The position numbers and the translations under genes are program-made. A stretch of DNA of 64,000 bases from Prevotella sp. (lineage in GTDB: Bacteria > Bacteroidota > Bacteroidia > Bacteroidales > Bacteroidaceae): positions 19,697 to 83,696 of the forward strand of contig JBGVBD010000099.1 in NCBI GenBank assembly GCA_045225255.1, given 5' to 3'. The first letter of the stretch is position 1. Every line of letters begins with the position of its first letter. Shown in pieces: positions 28,208 to 38,919 of the stretch. Under the pieces are notes generated by a model. It was not told where the DNA came from, did not search any database, and saw nothing but the letters and a program-made list of their open reading frames with translations.

Positions 28208-29392
28208 TTAGTCGAGATTCTTTAATGCGTCGAAGAAATGTTCTGCGTATGTTTCCTTGTCAAACAGCTTGGAACGTTCGATGGATATTTCTGACATCTT
28301 CTTTCGTTTTTCTGGATGTTCATATAGGTTAATGATAGCATTGGAAAGGCTATTTACAAAAGAATCATCAGTCTCAAGAAGAATGGCGTTTCCTTCACTT
28401 ACTTCTTCTGGTATCCCACCGCGTAGAGTCGTAATGATAGGCAACCCCATTGCTTGAGCTTCAAGTTCTGTAGTAGGGAAGGGATCATTCCATATAGAGG
28501 GAATAACTGCAATATCTGAAAGCTGTAAATAATCAGGCATATTCTTATATGGAATAAAACCGGTGAAGATGATGTTGTCTTGAATAACTTTAGCCTTTTC
28601 TTTCAGTGAACGTATAAATTGATCTTCATCGTTCGTGTTACCGAAGAACGAACCGCCAATAATCATCAGTTTAATGTGTGGATTGTCTTTTAGTTTAAGC
28701 ATGGCATCAATAAGTTCGGAAACTCCTTTCTCCGGATTAATACGACCACTATATACCATAATGAAATCATCCATGGCAAAACCTAAACTCTCACGAGTCA
28801 CGGATGGGCGTTCCTTAGGAAAGAAATTTTGGAGGTCTATGCCATTGTGTACTGTTTGTATCTTTTCTATAGGGAAATAGACAGAAGCTTTTCTTTTTAT
28901 GTAATCCGAGACGGTGAGAATCTTTGTCAGACCTCCGAAGACTACATCATGGAATTTTGCCTGAGATTCCCGTACTTCGTTGTGCATGTGAAGGATGAGG
29001 TTCTTATAGCCTCGTAGAGACAGTTTATAGGCTAAACCAGCACCATTCTCAATGATGATGTAGTCATAATCTTTCTTCTTAAGGTTTGAATAGACTCTCT
29101 CAAAGTAATATTCAATAAAATGATTGTAATACTCATGATGATGGAAGTACCCATAGAGTTTTCTTTTTATTCTCGCCTTTAGACTGCTAACATCAATAAA
29201 AACGTAATGGTTAACGTTAGATAAAAGTGCAGGATGTTTAGTGACTCTCGGATCCCAAGGACTATATACCGTTATATCATGCAATTTCTTAATGTTATTA
29301 TATTCTAAGTAGAAATCAATCAGATTCTCGACCGCTCCACCCTGTACAGCAGGAACAGGTAGCATACCACAAGTTAAAATCGCCAGTTTCAT
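28208..29392 (-). CDS. Glycosyltransferase family 4
   Basis: PAVQGGAVE, YSGRINPEKG, DPFPTTELEAQAMGLP. Confidence 0.92.
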   Translation of the reverse strand: MKLAILTCGMLPVPAVQGGAVENLIDFYLEYNNIKKLHDITVYSPWDPRVTKHPALLSNVNHYVFIDVSSLKARIKRKLYGYFHHHEYYNHFIEYYFERVYSNLKKKDYDYIIIENGAGLAYKLSLRGYKNLILHMHNEVRESQAKFHDVVFGGLTKILTVSDYIKRKASVYFPIEKIQTVHNGIDLQNFFPKERPSVTRESLGFAMDDFIMVYSGRINPEKGVSELIDAMLKLKDNPHIKLMIIGGSFFGNTNDEDQFIRSLKEKAKVIQDNIIFTGFIPYKNMPDYLQLSDIAVIPSIWNDPFPTTELEAQAMGLPIITTLRGGIPEEVSEGNAILLETDDSFVNSLSNAIINLYEHPEKRKKMSEISIERSKLFDKETYAEHFFDALKNLD

Positions 29393-29426
29393 AATCCCAG
29401 AATATTATAAATTACTATAAGCGTTA

Positions 29427-30353
29427 TTATTTCATTTTACTCATACCTAATTTCCAGAGGATACGGTCTTTCCACTGATAGTACTTTGTCATCAATGAAC
29501 GGTTGCGGCAGAGCCAACGAAGTCGGATGTTGATGAAGTGTTTGGGATAGTCAATGATGGCATTAGGCGTTACAAGGAAGTGGCTATAGTCCGTAACACG
29601 ATCCTTCATAAATCCCCGATGCTGGAAATGTGCATAGAGCGATTCCTTCTTCTCTAACTGACCATTGTTGAATCGAAGCATGTATAATTTGTTGTCAATA
29701 TGCTCAAAAATAATCTGTTTCCATCCTCTGGTCAGACTATTGAAATGATAGGACTGCTTGGGCTTAGAGGCATTGTCGAAGGGCCATTCTAACCAACAGT
29801 CTTCAGGACGGCAGTAACGCCATTTGTCACCAAATCCCTTATATTCATATTCATCGAAATACATGGATTTCTGTTGAGTTAGAGCATCCTGATAGTCAAC
29901 ATAGCCATCTATATGCTTCATGAAATACATGTTAGAGTCCTCATCATTGTGATAAAGCGTGAAATGTCCATAGCCAGAGATCATCTTATACTGGGATAGT
30001 ACATTGTCTGTAATGAAATGACGGATGTCACCATAGACGACATCAAGGTCGCCCCAGCCCCAGAAATCATACTCCTTGATGTAATCAGAGAGGATGTATG
30101 CAAAGGCAGGACGGTAGTCGCATATCTTGTATGGACGATCAAGAACAATGGGAAAATCAAACTTACTTTGTACCATCTGCTGGAAATCAGCAAAAGTCAT
30201 CTTATGTACTATAATATTTTTAGCAGATTCTACATCGCAATCCGTGAAGAACAGAAAGTCTACGTCTTTGTTATATAATGCTGATGCTCGCCACATTTTA
30301 TACTGTGGTGGCAAAGTACCGAAATGGGGGAAAATGACAATGATGGATTTCAT
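29427..30353 (-). CDS. DUF6625-like protein (putative glycosyltransferase)
   Basis: PHFGTLP, PYKICDYRPA, YDFWGWGDLDVVYGD, YAHFQ. Confidence 0.7.
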   Translation of the reverse strand: MKSIIVIFPHFGTLPPQYKMWRASALYNKDVDFLFFTDCDVESAKNIIVHKMTFADFQQMVQSKFDFPIVLDRPYKICDYRPAFAYILSDYIKEYDFWGWGDLDVVYGDIRHFITDNVLSQYKMISGYGHFTLYHNDEDSNMYFMKHIDGYVDYQDALTQQKSMYFDEYEYKGFGDKWRYCRPEDCWLEWPFDNASKPKQSYHFNSLTRGWKQIIFEHIDNKLYMLRFNNGQLEKKESLYAHFQHRGFMKDRVTDYSHFLVTPNAIIDYPKHFINIRLRWLCRNRSLMTKYYQWKDRILWKLGMSKMK

Positions 30354-30364
30354 AGTGATGTGTA

Positions 30365-31915
30365 TTAAAATGTAATATGATTTAAAAACTTATATAAAGA
30401 GGGCTTTCGTGCAACAAACGACTTCATTCCTCGTGTAAATTGGAACATCATGATGAAGAATACGGCAAAGAGAGGAATAGATACAATAGAACCATAGATG
30501 GCTAATGAAAGGAAGGAGTCAGAATGTTGGTCGATGACAGCATGTTTGAGCCATATCGTCAGTATGGTATAGAATGCGAAGATGATGTAGTAGGGGGCCA
30601 TGCCTCGCCAATATTCCCAGACACTCTTATGGAAAGCTTGGGAGAACAGATAGTAGGGTTTCCAGAATGCACTGATAATACCGAAACTGAGAATTTTGCC
30701 TAATAAGATGCCGACAATGCCATAAGTGGGTGCAAGCAGAATCGTGATAGTGAGGTTGACAATCAGTTCTGTCCATGCTGCCCACACATCGGAGAACAGT
30801 CCTGCAGAGCCCAGATAAATATATACAGAAGCACTTTGATATCGCATGAAAAGGTTAAATATCAGTAGGTAAACGATGATGTTACTGAGTTGATACTGTT
30901 CACCTAGCCAACAACCGATAAATGGTTGAAAGAACATTAGAAGAGAGAAGATGATAATACCTAAAATTAAAAAACGTGCAGCAGTCATTTCCCAATAAAC
31001 CTTCATGATATTGTGTTCGTTGCCTTCTGCCAATAGATTACCAACACCAGCACTCAGACCTTCTGATAGTATGTTCACCATAAAATTGATCTTGTTGATA
31101 ATCATGGTGTAGTTGCCGTAAAAAGCAACCTTAACAACAGAGACGAACATACCAACCATAATTTCATCACTGCGGTAGAGGATAAAGTCTTTGATTTTTT
31201 GAACAAAGATCTGACGGGTCTTCTTAAGTACCTCAGGATATTTTTTTAAGTCCTCGTGTCCTTTCTTCAGGTCGATGCTGAGCCAAGGATATAATTGTTT
31301 TATACGATAATTGAAAATGATGATACCGATGAGGGTAGATATTAGTCCAACAACAACCCAAAGCCATAGGTTACGATAGTAATAGGCTAATAGAATCTGT
31401 ACAAGACTCTGTATAATGGCGATGGCCTGAAAGTAAGCACTAACCAGATATTGCTTCTGGTTTGCACTGACTAATAATTGTTTATAATTGAAAACATAGC
31501 CAGCCACAGAAGAGCCGAGAAAAGAGTAGAAAGCGAAATATACCAACGGAAGTCCTGTGGTCAGATTGTCAAACCACCAAGGAAAAAACAGGCTGACGAT
31601 AATGCCACAAATACCAATAACGCCACCGATACAACGATAAAGGAAGGCAAGCATGGACATCACCTCGTTGATTCTCTCGTGATTATCTTCTTGTAAGGGC
31701 TTGTATAAGAAATAGACAATACTGGTTCCGATACCTAATTCTGCAACACTGAGGAAACTCATGATATTCATGAGCATACCTGTCAGACCGATGAATTCAG
31801 CACCCAGGCAGTCGAGGAACACTTTGCGAGAAAAGAAGGCAAGGAACAAAGAGAGAATGTAAAACAACATTCCCACTTTGATATTCATCACACTTCTATG
31901 TACCCGTTCGCCCAT
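30365..31915 (-). CDS. Wzx-type polysaccharide flippase
   Basis: SRKVFLDCLG, LSVAELGIG, LYKPL, YGNY; many TM segments. Confidence 0.87.
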   Translation of the reverse strand: MGERVHRSVMNIKVGMLFYILSLFLAFFSRKVFLDCLGAEFIGLTGMLMNIMSFLSVAELGIGTSIVYFLYKPLQEDNHERINEVMSMLAFLYRCIGGVIGICGIIVSLFFPWWFDNLTTGLPLVYFAFYSFLGSSVAGYVFNYKQLLVSANQKQYLVSAYFQAIAIIQSLVQILLAYYYRNLWLWVVVGLISTLIGIIIFNYRIKQLYPWLSIDLKKGHEDLKKYPEVLKKTRQIFVQKIKDFILYRSDEIMVGMFVSVVKVAFYGNYTMIINKINFMVNILSEGLSAGVGNLLAEGNEHNIMKVYWEMTAARFLILGIIIFSLLMFFQPFIGCWLGEQYQLSNIIVYLLIFNLFMRYQSASVYIYLGSAGLFSDVWAAWTELIVNLTITILLAPTYGIVGILLGKILSFGIISAFWKPYYLFSQAFHKSVWEYWRGMAPYYIIFAFYTILTIWLKHAVIDQHSDSFLSLAIYGSIVSIPLFAVFFIMMFQFTRGMKSFVARKPSLYKFLNHITF

Positions 31916-31921
31916 ATATGA

Positions 31922-33115
31922 TTAATTTTCTACTTTTGAAGATTCCCCATGGGTAGTATGTATAAAGTCTCTATTTTTTAAATTCATTATTAGGATATTC
32001 TTCAGCATGAGACCTACCAATTTGATGGTGGAGAAAATCTTCCCAAAGAGAGCATGGGTTCGCATCTTATGTGGAATGGCGATATAGATGGCTACGCAGA
32101 TGGCAAGGAACATTGCCCACCATTTGATACTCCATATACGTGATATAATGGTGATGATGACAGAGAAGAAGAAGGTGAGAACCAACAGAATAGATCTGGG
32201 AATCAATGCCTGTTGCATCGTCTTGTCGATATAATGGATATTACCAGTAATCACTGCCTTTGGCAGATAGGGTAGCATTAACAGCAGACTTTGAATCTGT
32301 CCTGTCATCCAACGGAGTCGCTGACGCTGGAAATTTTCAGAGTTACTGACTTTCTCGTCGAAAACAGGAATGTTTTCCTCGTATTTGATAAAGATATGTT
32401 GTTTCATGAGAAAAATCTCTAACTCACGGTCTTCTACTGCTGTTTCCAATAGTCCAACATGCTCCTTGAACCAGTGGTAAGGGAAACACATGCCAGAGCC
32501 AATCAAGGCAGAGGAAATATTGATGGTATTGTGTGCTTTACGGAAAAGAGTATTGTTGATTTCTTCGCTAATGCCATCTAAAATAGCGACATCATTATTA
32601 CTGTTCTTGGCGCAACGGTGGCACTGGATAGCCTGATAACCTTGTTGACAAGAGGCATTGACTTGTTCCAAAAAATCTGGAAGTACTACATTGTCTGCAT
32701 CTAAAATGACCAAATAGTCATAGATTTTCTCCGTGTGTTCAATGGCATAATGAAGTGCCTTTGCCTTACTGCTCTTTTCAAAATGAGGAATATGCAAGGT
32801 GATGGGCAGTTGTTGTAACAAATCATTGGTCTCTTTCTTCATGTGATCGGAAATAACACCAATGTGATATAGTTCCTGAGGATAGGTTTGTTTCAGACAT
32901 TCTTGTACAGAATGAACAATAACAGAATCTTCCTTATAAGCAGGAAAGAGAATCAGGAATGATGATGTCTGATGTTTGATGTTTGATGTCTGATGTCTGT
33001 GCTTGGATTTGCGTGCAGGAAAGAGAGAAACAATGGCATAGAAAAAAACATAAATGACCGAGGGTGCCATGAAAACCCATAGTACCCAGTCAATGATATG
33101 TATAGCCGTTCTCAT
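31922..33115 (-). CDS. Glycosyltransferase family 2 (membrane-anchored)
   Basis: FPAYKED, ILDADN, EDRE, QRQRLRW. Confidence 0.9.
   Translation of the reverse strand: MRTAIHIIDWVLWVFMAPSVIYVFFYAIVSLFPARKSKHRHQTSNIKHQTSSFLILFPAYKEDSVIVHSVQECLKQTYPQELYHIGVISDHMKKETNDLLQQLPITLHIPHFEKSSKAKALHYAIEHTEKIYDYLVILDADNVVLPDFLEQVNASCQQGYQAIQCHRCAKNSNNDVAILDGISEEINNTLFRKAHNTINISSALIGSGMCFPYHWFKEHVGLLETAVEDRELEIFLMKQHIFIKYEENIPVFDEKVSNSENFQRQRLRWMTGQIQSLLLMLPYLPKAVITGNIHYIDKTMQQALIPRSILLVLTFFFSVIITIISRIWSIKWWAMFLAICVAIYIAIPHKMRTHALFGKIFSTIKLVGLMLKNILIMNLKNRDFIHTTHGESSKVEN
32964..32998. repeat. Heptamer (GATGTYT)x5 inside a CDS
   Basis: Read directly; encodes RHQTSNIKHQTS. Confidence 0.92.
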
Positions 33116-34291
33116 CTACTTTTCCTTTTCTTTTTTCTTCGGTTCCCACTGGTCTAATTTATTTGCAATCTTTGACAGCCCAGGGATAGACCTCATGAGA
33201 ATCAATGGAACTCTGTAGAAGGTGCCATCCCATTTTTTATCTACCAGATAGTCTGGGGTTGCCATGGCAAAGATTAACAGAACTATAGCAAAAAGTCCCC
33301 ACCATTTGAAAGCGAGTGAAGTGTAGATGCAGGGAAGAAGTACACACATGATGGTAATGATACACATCATCGCGATACGAGGTATCAGCATCCATTGAAT
33401 AATTTTGTCTGCCCAGTTATAATGTCTATTGAGGATAGCTATAGGCAGGAACCGGATGTTGCGAATGAGTGTCAGGAATTGTGCTTTCATCCACCTACCT
33501 CTTTCACGGTTAAATTCCTTTGCCTCACGTGTTTTCTCGTCGAAAACGTAGATGTTGTCAAAGTAGTCGATAAAAATATGTTGGCGCATAAGGAGTGCTT
33601 CAAACTCCTTATCCTCCCATGCACTTTTAACTTTGTTAATGTTGTTTTTGAACCAGGTATAATCAAATGCACAGCCCGAACCCATCAAACTGGCAGATAA
33701 TCCAACAGTAATGTGCCCACGGCGGAAGATGGAATTATTGATTTCTTCAAAAATCGCTCCTAATCGGGATGCTGTTGTGTCCCTGTTTCTTGACAATCGA
33801 TGCGCTTGTATAGCCTTGGTTCCTGCTGCTTCAAAAGCCTCATTGACCTGTTCCAAGAATTCATGTTCAACGATATTACCACCATCCAAAATGACGACCA
33901 CATCATAGATCTTGAATTGTGGAAGGTTGTTAAAACCAAGTTGAAGCGCTTTAGCCTTGGTACTTTTCTCAAAATTGGGGGTTAACAATGTGATGGGTTC
34001 CTGAACCAACCGAAAATTAGTCATCTCATCGTTGTGGTCAGAAATGACCGTCACGTCAAAGAGACGTTGAGGGTATGACTGCCCTAAAATCGATTTGACA
34101 GTCTGGACAACTCTTGGATTATTATACGATGGAATCAAAATAATAAAACGATTCTGATTCCTTGTCTTCGGTACAGTCCCTTTCCTATTGAACAAGGATG
34201 CTATTGTGAATATCAACAAGTATATAGCAGTTAATGCCACAATGCAGAAAAGCACCCAGTCAATGATGAATAATATAGTCCAAAATTCCAT
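33116..34291 (-). CDS. Glycosyltransferase family 2 (paralog of 31922-33115)
   Basis: ILDGGN, EEINNSIFRRGH, EDKE, RERGRW. Confidence 0.88.
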   Translation of the reverse strand: MEFWTILFIIDWVLFCIVALTAIYLLIFTIASLFNRKGTVPKTRNQNRFIILIPSYNNPRVVQTVKSILGQSYPQRLFDVTVISDHNDEMTNFRLVQEPITLLTPNFEKSTKAKALQLGFNNLPQFKIYDVVVILDGGNIVEHEFLEQVNEAFEAAGTKAIQAHRLSRNRDTTASRLGAIFEEINNSIFRRGHITVGLSASLMGSGCAFDYTWFKNNINKVKSAWEDKEFEALLMRQHIFIDYFDNIYVFDEKTREAKEFNRERGRWMKAQFLTLIRNIRFLPIAILNRHYNWADKIIQWMLIPRIAMMCIITIMCVLLPCIYTSLAFKWWGLFAIVLLIFAMATPDYLVDKKWDGTFYRVPLILMRSIPGLSKIANKLDQWEPKKKEKEK

Positions 34292-34298
34292 ATTCTTT

Positions 34299-35180
34299 TC
34301 AATTTATAAAGTCCATAACTCCTCTATAAGTTGCTCTGATCAAGTCGATTCGTCCTTTACATACATATTTGAGGATATCTCTGATAGCAACAATACTCAA
34401 TAAGTATATATATGTCAGGAATTTTAAATGCTTATTAATATTCCGTTTGGCAAAGATAAGACGATTGCGAGTGATATAGTATGTCTTTAGGGGAGACTGT
34501 CGTCCTGTTGTCTGACTCTCCTTATGGTAAATCGTACAAGCAGGCTCGTACCAAATCTCATAACCAGCACGGTGTATCATTTCTGACCAGTCGAGTTCTT
34601 CGTAATAAAGGAAATAGCATTCCGGCATCATCCCGACCTTGTCAATGACTTTCTGTTTCACCATCATAGCGGCGCCATGGGCGTAGGAAGTAGGGTGGGG
34701 TGTGTCATATTGACCTTGGTCATCTTCGCCACATCCGATGGACTGGTTACGCAGGGTAATTTTAGAGAGTGGGGTATATCCAGCATATTGAATAGGGTGG
34801 TTCCCCCATGTGAAACGTATCTTGGGACTTACCATACCTATTTCATCAGATGACTCGAGGCGGGCGATGAGGGGTTTGAGGTCTGAGGTCTGAGGTTTGA
34901 GAATGGTGTCGTTATTCAAGAAGAGAAGGTACTTACCATGGGCTGCTTGAATACCAAGGTTATTGCCTCCAGCAAAACCGAGGTTTCGGCTACTTCGAAT
35001 GACATTTATTTGCGGATAGCGCTTTTCTAATTCTGTGGCTTCGTCTTTGGAAGAACCATTATCCACTATAATTACCTCTAATGATGCATTTTCAAGAGGT
35101 AATGAGTCAATCAATTCACAGGTGTCTTTCAACCCGTTGTAATTGATGCTGATGATGGATAAAAGCTTTTCAACTTTCAA
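34299..35180 (-). CDS. Glycosyltransferase family 2
   Basis: SINYNG, VDNGS, NLGFAGGNN, LNND, FLYYEELDW; TTG start lies inside a heptamer array. Confidence 0.9.
   Translation of the reverse strand: MKVEKLLSIISINYNGLKDTCELIDSLPLENASLEVIIVDNGSSKDEATELEKRYPQINVIRSSRNLGFAGGNNLGIQAAHGKYLLFLNNDTILKPQTSDLKPLIARLESSDEIGMVSPKIRFTWGNHPIQYAGYTPLSKITLRNQSIGCGEDDQGQYDTPHPTSYAHGAAMMVKQKVIDKVGMMPECYFLYYEELDWSEMIHRAGYEIWYEPACTIYHKESQTTGRQSPLKTYYITRNRLIFAKRNINKHLKFLTYIYLLSIVAIRDILKYVCKGRIDLIRATYRGVMDFIN
34871..34901. repeat. Heptamer (GRGGTYT)x4 inside a CDS
   Basis: Read directly; encodes LKPQTSDLKP. Confidence 0.85.
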
Positions 35181-35198
35181 CTTTCAACTTTCAACTTT
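35168..35198. repeat. Heptamer (TTTCAAC)x4
   Basis: Four perfect copies spanning the intergenic gap and the GT2 start. Confidence 0.95.
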
Positions 35199-35199
35199 G

Positions 35200-36723
35200 T
35201 TAAACTCTTGAAGCCTTCTTCTTCTCTAGTTTAAGACGCTTCTTCTCTTCTTGTATAGCAATTTCCTTTGTTTCATATTCTACCCATTCTTCTTCCATGA
35301 AAGGTAAGAGATATACTATAGTCAGAGCACCATAAAAGATGAGACAATTTGGAAATTGGAACAAAACTTCGTTTGCGTATGCTCCTACATGAACTCCAAC
35401 AAAACCACAACAACATCCAGCCCCAATGCCTCGTAATGATTTATTTTTGATTTTGAATAAGACAATCCAACAAGCACCTATTAACATAAGTAATGTTGTG
35501 ATGATGAATGTGATGAGTCCAATCTTCCCAGTATGAATCCATAAATATACATAATGTGAGTCGGGAGGAATTGTTGACATACGGGCATATTTGTTATTTT
35601 TAGGAACTTGGTCACCATACAGTCCAAGACCAATTCCCCAAGGAGCCTCCTTTAAGTATTTCCTCATGGTCTCCTTGTTAATCTCACGTACACCCGCAGA
35701 AGCATCCTCCTTGTTAAATACTGTCCTCATTCTTCGTACTTGCTGATTACTTTGACCAATGTTTGTAAAGGCAAGAATGAAGAATGCAATGGCAAATACA
35801 ATGGATACAGGAAGGGCAATTTTGACGGATTTTGAGAGAAATATGTAGGTCATCATACCTGCACCTAAACTAGCCATTGCCGTTCGTGTACCAGTCTGGA
35901 ACATTGCCCAAACACAAAGAACTCCAGCAATGAGAAACAGATATCGGTATTTTTTAATTTTATTTGTAATACCAATGATTAAAAAAGTAACAGCAGCAGA
36001 GGCTATTCCAATGCCGAAATTAGCAGCGTCACTATAGACACAGAAGTAACGAATAAGAGTTCCACCTTGCAAAACATGGGTTACACTACCTTGCAACCAG
36101 GCATTCTCGTAGGGACTAAATCCAATATGTATCTGTTTCCATGTGTAAAAAGCGGCAAAAATAGAAACTCCACACCATAATAATAAATATTGAACTAATC
36201 TTTTGGTATTATTAATATAAATGGTAAACACTAAAAATGCCAACAATAGCTGAAATGCTACAATGCGAAATCCCTGATACCATGCTCCAATATTTATTCC
36301 TAATCCGCAGGTGTCATTTAGAAGTTGTAATGTACAAAATCCGCACCATGCCATCAATGCATACAACATGAGATTTCCTGCTCTGTCGAATTGGGGCATC
36401 CGTCGAGCATCCATAATAGCGACAATCAAAAGGAGAAGTTCCAGTCCATCACTCGCCAAGGAGACAGGAATGTTATTTGGCATTAAATGGTTCCTTATAA
36501 GGCCAAATACAAAATAATCATATAGAAATAATAGCCAGAAAACGGCCATTGGGTATTTGAAAGCAACATAGATAGCAGGGATTATAAGCGGCAATGCACA
36601 AATGATGGCAAAGGCAGAAAATCCTGCATTGATAAATTGATAAATGGCTATACCAAATAGGAGAAAGAGCAACAATGCTCTTCCTCCGTTTTCTTTAGTG
36701 TATGTTGAGAAACTATTAGTCAT
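35200..36723 (-). CDS. O-antigen ligase / Wzy polymerase family protein
   Basis: Multiple TM segments, TGTRTA, PWGIGLG, PPDS, TGKIGL. Confidence 0.8.
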   Translation of the reverse strand: MTNSFSTYTKENGGRALLLFLLFGIAIYQFINAGFSAFAIICALPLIIPAIYVAFKYPMAVFWLLFLYDYFVFGLIRNHLMPNNIPVSLASDGLELLLLIVAIMDARRMPQFDRAGNLMLYALMAWCGFCTLQLLNDTCGLGINIGAWYQGFRIVAFQLLLAFLVFTIYINNTKRLVQYLLLWCGVSIFAAFYTWKQIHIGFSPYENAWLQGSVTHVLQGGTLIRYFCVYSDAANFGIGIASAAVTFLIIGITNKIKKYRYLFLIAGVLCVWAMFQTGTRTAMASLGAGMMTYIFLSKSVKIALPVSIVFAIAFFILAFTNIGQSNQQVRRMRTVFNKEDASAGVREINKETMRKYLKEAPWGIGLGLYGDQVPKNNKYARMSTIPPDSHYVYLWIHTGKIGLITFIITTLLMLIGACWIVLFKIKNKSLRGIGAGCCCGFVGVHVGAYANEVLFQFPNCLIFYGALTIVYLLPFMEEEWVEYETKEIAIQEEKKRLKLEKKKASRV

Positions 36724-38907
36724 TTATTTTGCATGATTGTTCTCAGTCGCTGTCAAACCTAATTGTGAGATACGGTATACGAAGTTATTAAACTTGGTGT
36801 AAGGCGGCAATTGTCCGACAAATTCTTCAACCGCATAACGGCTTGCTTCTGTCAGATACATGAACAAGGTGTCTTTATGCTCCTCGTCCAACATTGCCTC
36901 CACTTCCTTCAGTGCCTTCTGATCGACGTCCTTCCAAGTACGGTTGGCACGGGTGACCATCAGGTTAACAGTTGCCATGTTCAACAAGGCAGGTGAAATA
37001 GAGTTCTCGTCCAAATTCGGATACTCAATGATGGCAATCTCCTCAGGAAGAATATCAGGGCAGAGGTCCTTGATACCATTTGCCAGAATAAACTTGCTGT
37101 CTTCTGCCAAGAAGTCTTCATTGTAAGTTAAGCGACGAACTTGTAGACCAATAGAAATCCAATAGTTCTCCAACTCTTGAGCAAGGAAACTCTTGCCATT
37201 GCCAGAGTCTGTGGACAATAGGTTCAGCACATTCTGTTGTCCCTCTTTAAACTTGGGTAATAGTGCTTTACTGAGCTGTCGGAGCGACATGTCTGCAATG
37301 GTCTTGTTGAAACGACGATAGCGCAAATTGCTCTCCTTCGGATAACAACCCATGACAGGAACCTTGGTAATACGCTCAGAGCGCATACGATCACGCAAGG
37401 TACGGTCAAGCAGTTCGATAATGAAGAAGTAGAGTGCTGTCAGCATGAATGTCAACAAGAATGCACCTAACAAAATCATTAAACGGTTGGTCGGCTGTGC
37501 GTTCAATGGGAACATCGGTGGATTCAGTACACGCAAGGTGGCTGTTGACATTTGTAGATTCTTCTGACGCAGACGTGCTGCATTCAATGCTCTTAACATC
37601 TCCATGTAGTTGTTCTCTACAAAAGTAATATGGCGATCCTTACGATCCAATGTGGCTCCAATAGGAGAGTAGAAGAGGTATTGACGATCCAATTCTTGTC
37701 TCATAATATCCGTTGCAGACATCTCTGCACGTGCTTTTTCCATTAAAAGCATCTGCTCTAACCATCTGTCAATCATATCTTTTGCCTTGACACCAGTCTC
37801 TGTGCTATAGGTGCCAGCCTCAATCTCATGAGTAAGATCTTTAACCTGATTGGTTGTTGCCTGTAACTCACGTTGAGCTTTCTGCATTTCCTCTTGTGCT
37901 TCGTTATTTAAGTCGCCACCTTCTCCACTCATCAGACGGAGATTGGATAGACGTGACTGAAGACGAGAAATATCTTTGATATGATCGGTAAATTGTTTGT
38001 TGGCACGAATCACGCGGGCACGGTCACCTAACTGACGCTCCAGATAGTCCATCAAAGCCTTGGAGGTGGTATAGTCCATCAACTGTTGGTTGCGGAAATT
38101 CTGTTGCTGTGCCTCTAACCCTGTTAATGCTTTTGTTTGTTCGTTATAGTTAATGATACGCTTGGATACATTATATCGAATCAGGTCATCTTCTGCTCCT
38201 GTGAGGATACGATACAGGCGTGCCACCTCACGTTCAAAGAACTTGATGACATTGCTGGTTTCACCAAAGCGAAGTTGCTGGTAATGACGAGCAAATACCT
38301 CATTTAAGATATCCAATGTATTATAGGCAATACCTGCATCATTGGCGGAATAGCCAATGTCAATAATATCACTTTTTTGTAATTGCATGACCTTCAGTCT
38401 TGCCGTGATGTTGTTGATACCAAAATAGGGGTGATAATTGAGAATACCAAAAATGTAATTGTCTTGTGAGGGCTTCTCATACGCCTTCAAGTTGGCATAA
38501 GTGGCAGATTCACTATTGTGATTAATCAAAGCCTTAACGTCTGCTGGTACTTGTGCATTCAACTGACGGAAATGCTCGGCAGAGATATAATTGTTATCCT
38601 TGTTAGGATTACCATACATCATACAGCGAGCAAACAGACGAAGAGATACCTCGTGGATAGTGTTCTCGGTCGTGATAATCAACATCAAGTTGGTGATATT
38701 GATTTGTGAGTTACCACCTGCAGCACCGGTTCCACCCTCAATATTATAACCAGTAATCATACCAGTATAAATGGTCGTATTGGTGTCATAGACACGTTCC
38801 ATGTGGCGTGTCATAAACCATGCTACGATGAGCGCAATTAATGGCAGAATAACAAGATACCAACGAATCTTGTACAAAAACCTAACAATATATCTAAATA
38901 AATCCAT
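36724..38907 (-). CDS. Wzc/GumC-like polysaccharide co-polymerase
   Basis: N-terminal TM, long coiled coil, second TM, ELLDRTLRD, Walker A-like STDSGNGKS. Confidence 0.8.
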   Translation of the reverse strand: MDLFRYIVRFLYKIRWYLVILPLIALIVAWFMTRHMERVYDTNTTIYTGMITGYNIEGGTGAAGGNSQINITNLMLIITTENTIHEVSLRLFARCMMYGNPNKDNNYISAEHFRQLNAQVPADVKALINHNSESATYANLKAYEKPSQDNYIFGILNYHPYFGINNITARLKVMQLQKSDIIDIGYSANDAGIAYNTLDILNEVFARHYQQLRFGETSNVIKFFEREVARLYRILTGAEDDLIRYNVSKRIINYNEQTKALTGLEAQQQNFRNQQLMDYTTSKALMDYLERQLGDRARVIRANKQFTDHIKDISRLQSRLSNLRLMSGEGGDLNNEAQEEMQKAQRELQATTNQVKDLTHEIEAGTYSTETGVKAKDMIDRWLEQMLLMEKARAEMSATDIMRQELDRQYLFYSPIGATLDRKDRHITFVENNYMEMLRALNAARLRQKNLQMSTATLRVLNPPMFPLNAQPTNRLMILLGAFLLTFMLTALYFFIIELLDRTLRDRMRSERITKVPVMGCYPKESNLRYRRFNKTIADMSLRQLSKALLPKFKEGQQNVLNLLSTDSGNGKSFLAQELENYWISIGLQVRRLTYNEDFLAEDSKFILANGIKDLCPDILPEEIAIIEYPNLDENSISPALLNMATVNLMVTRANRTWKDVDQKALKEVEAMLDEEHKDTLFMYLTEASRYAVEEFVGQLPPYTKFNNFVYRISQLGLTATENNHAK

Positions 38908-38919
38908 AGTCTTATATAT

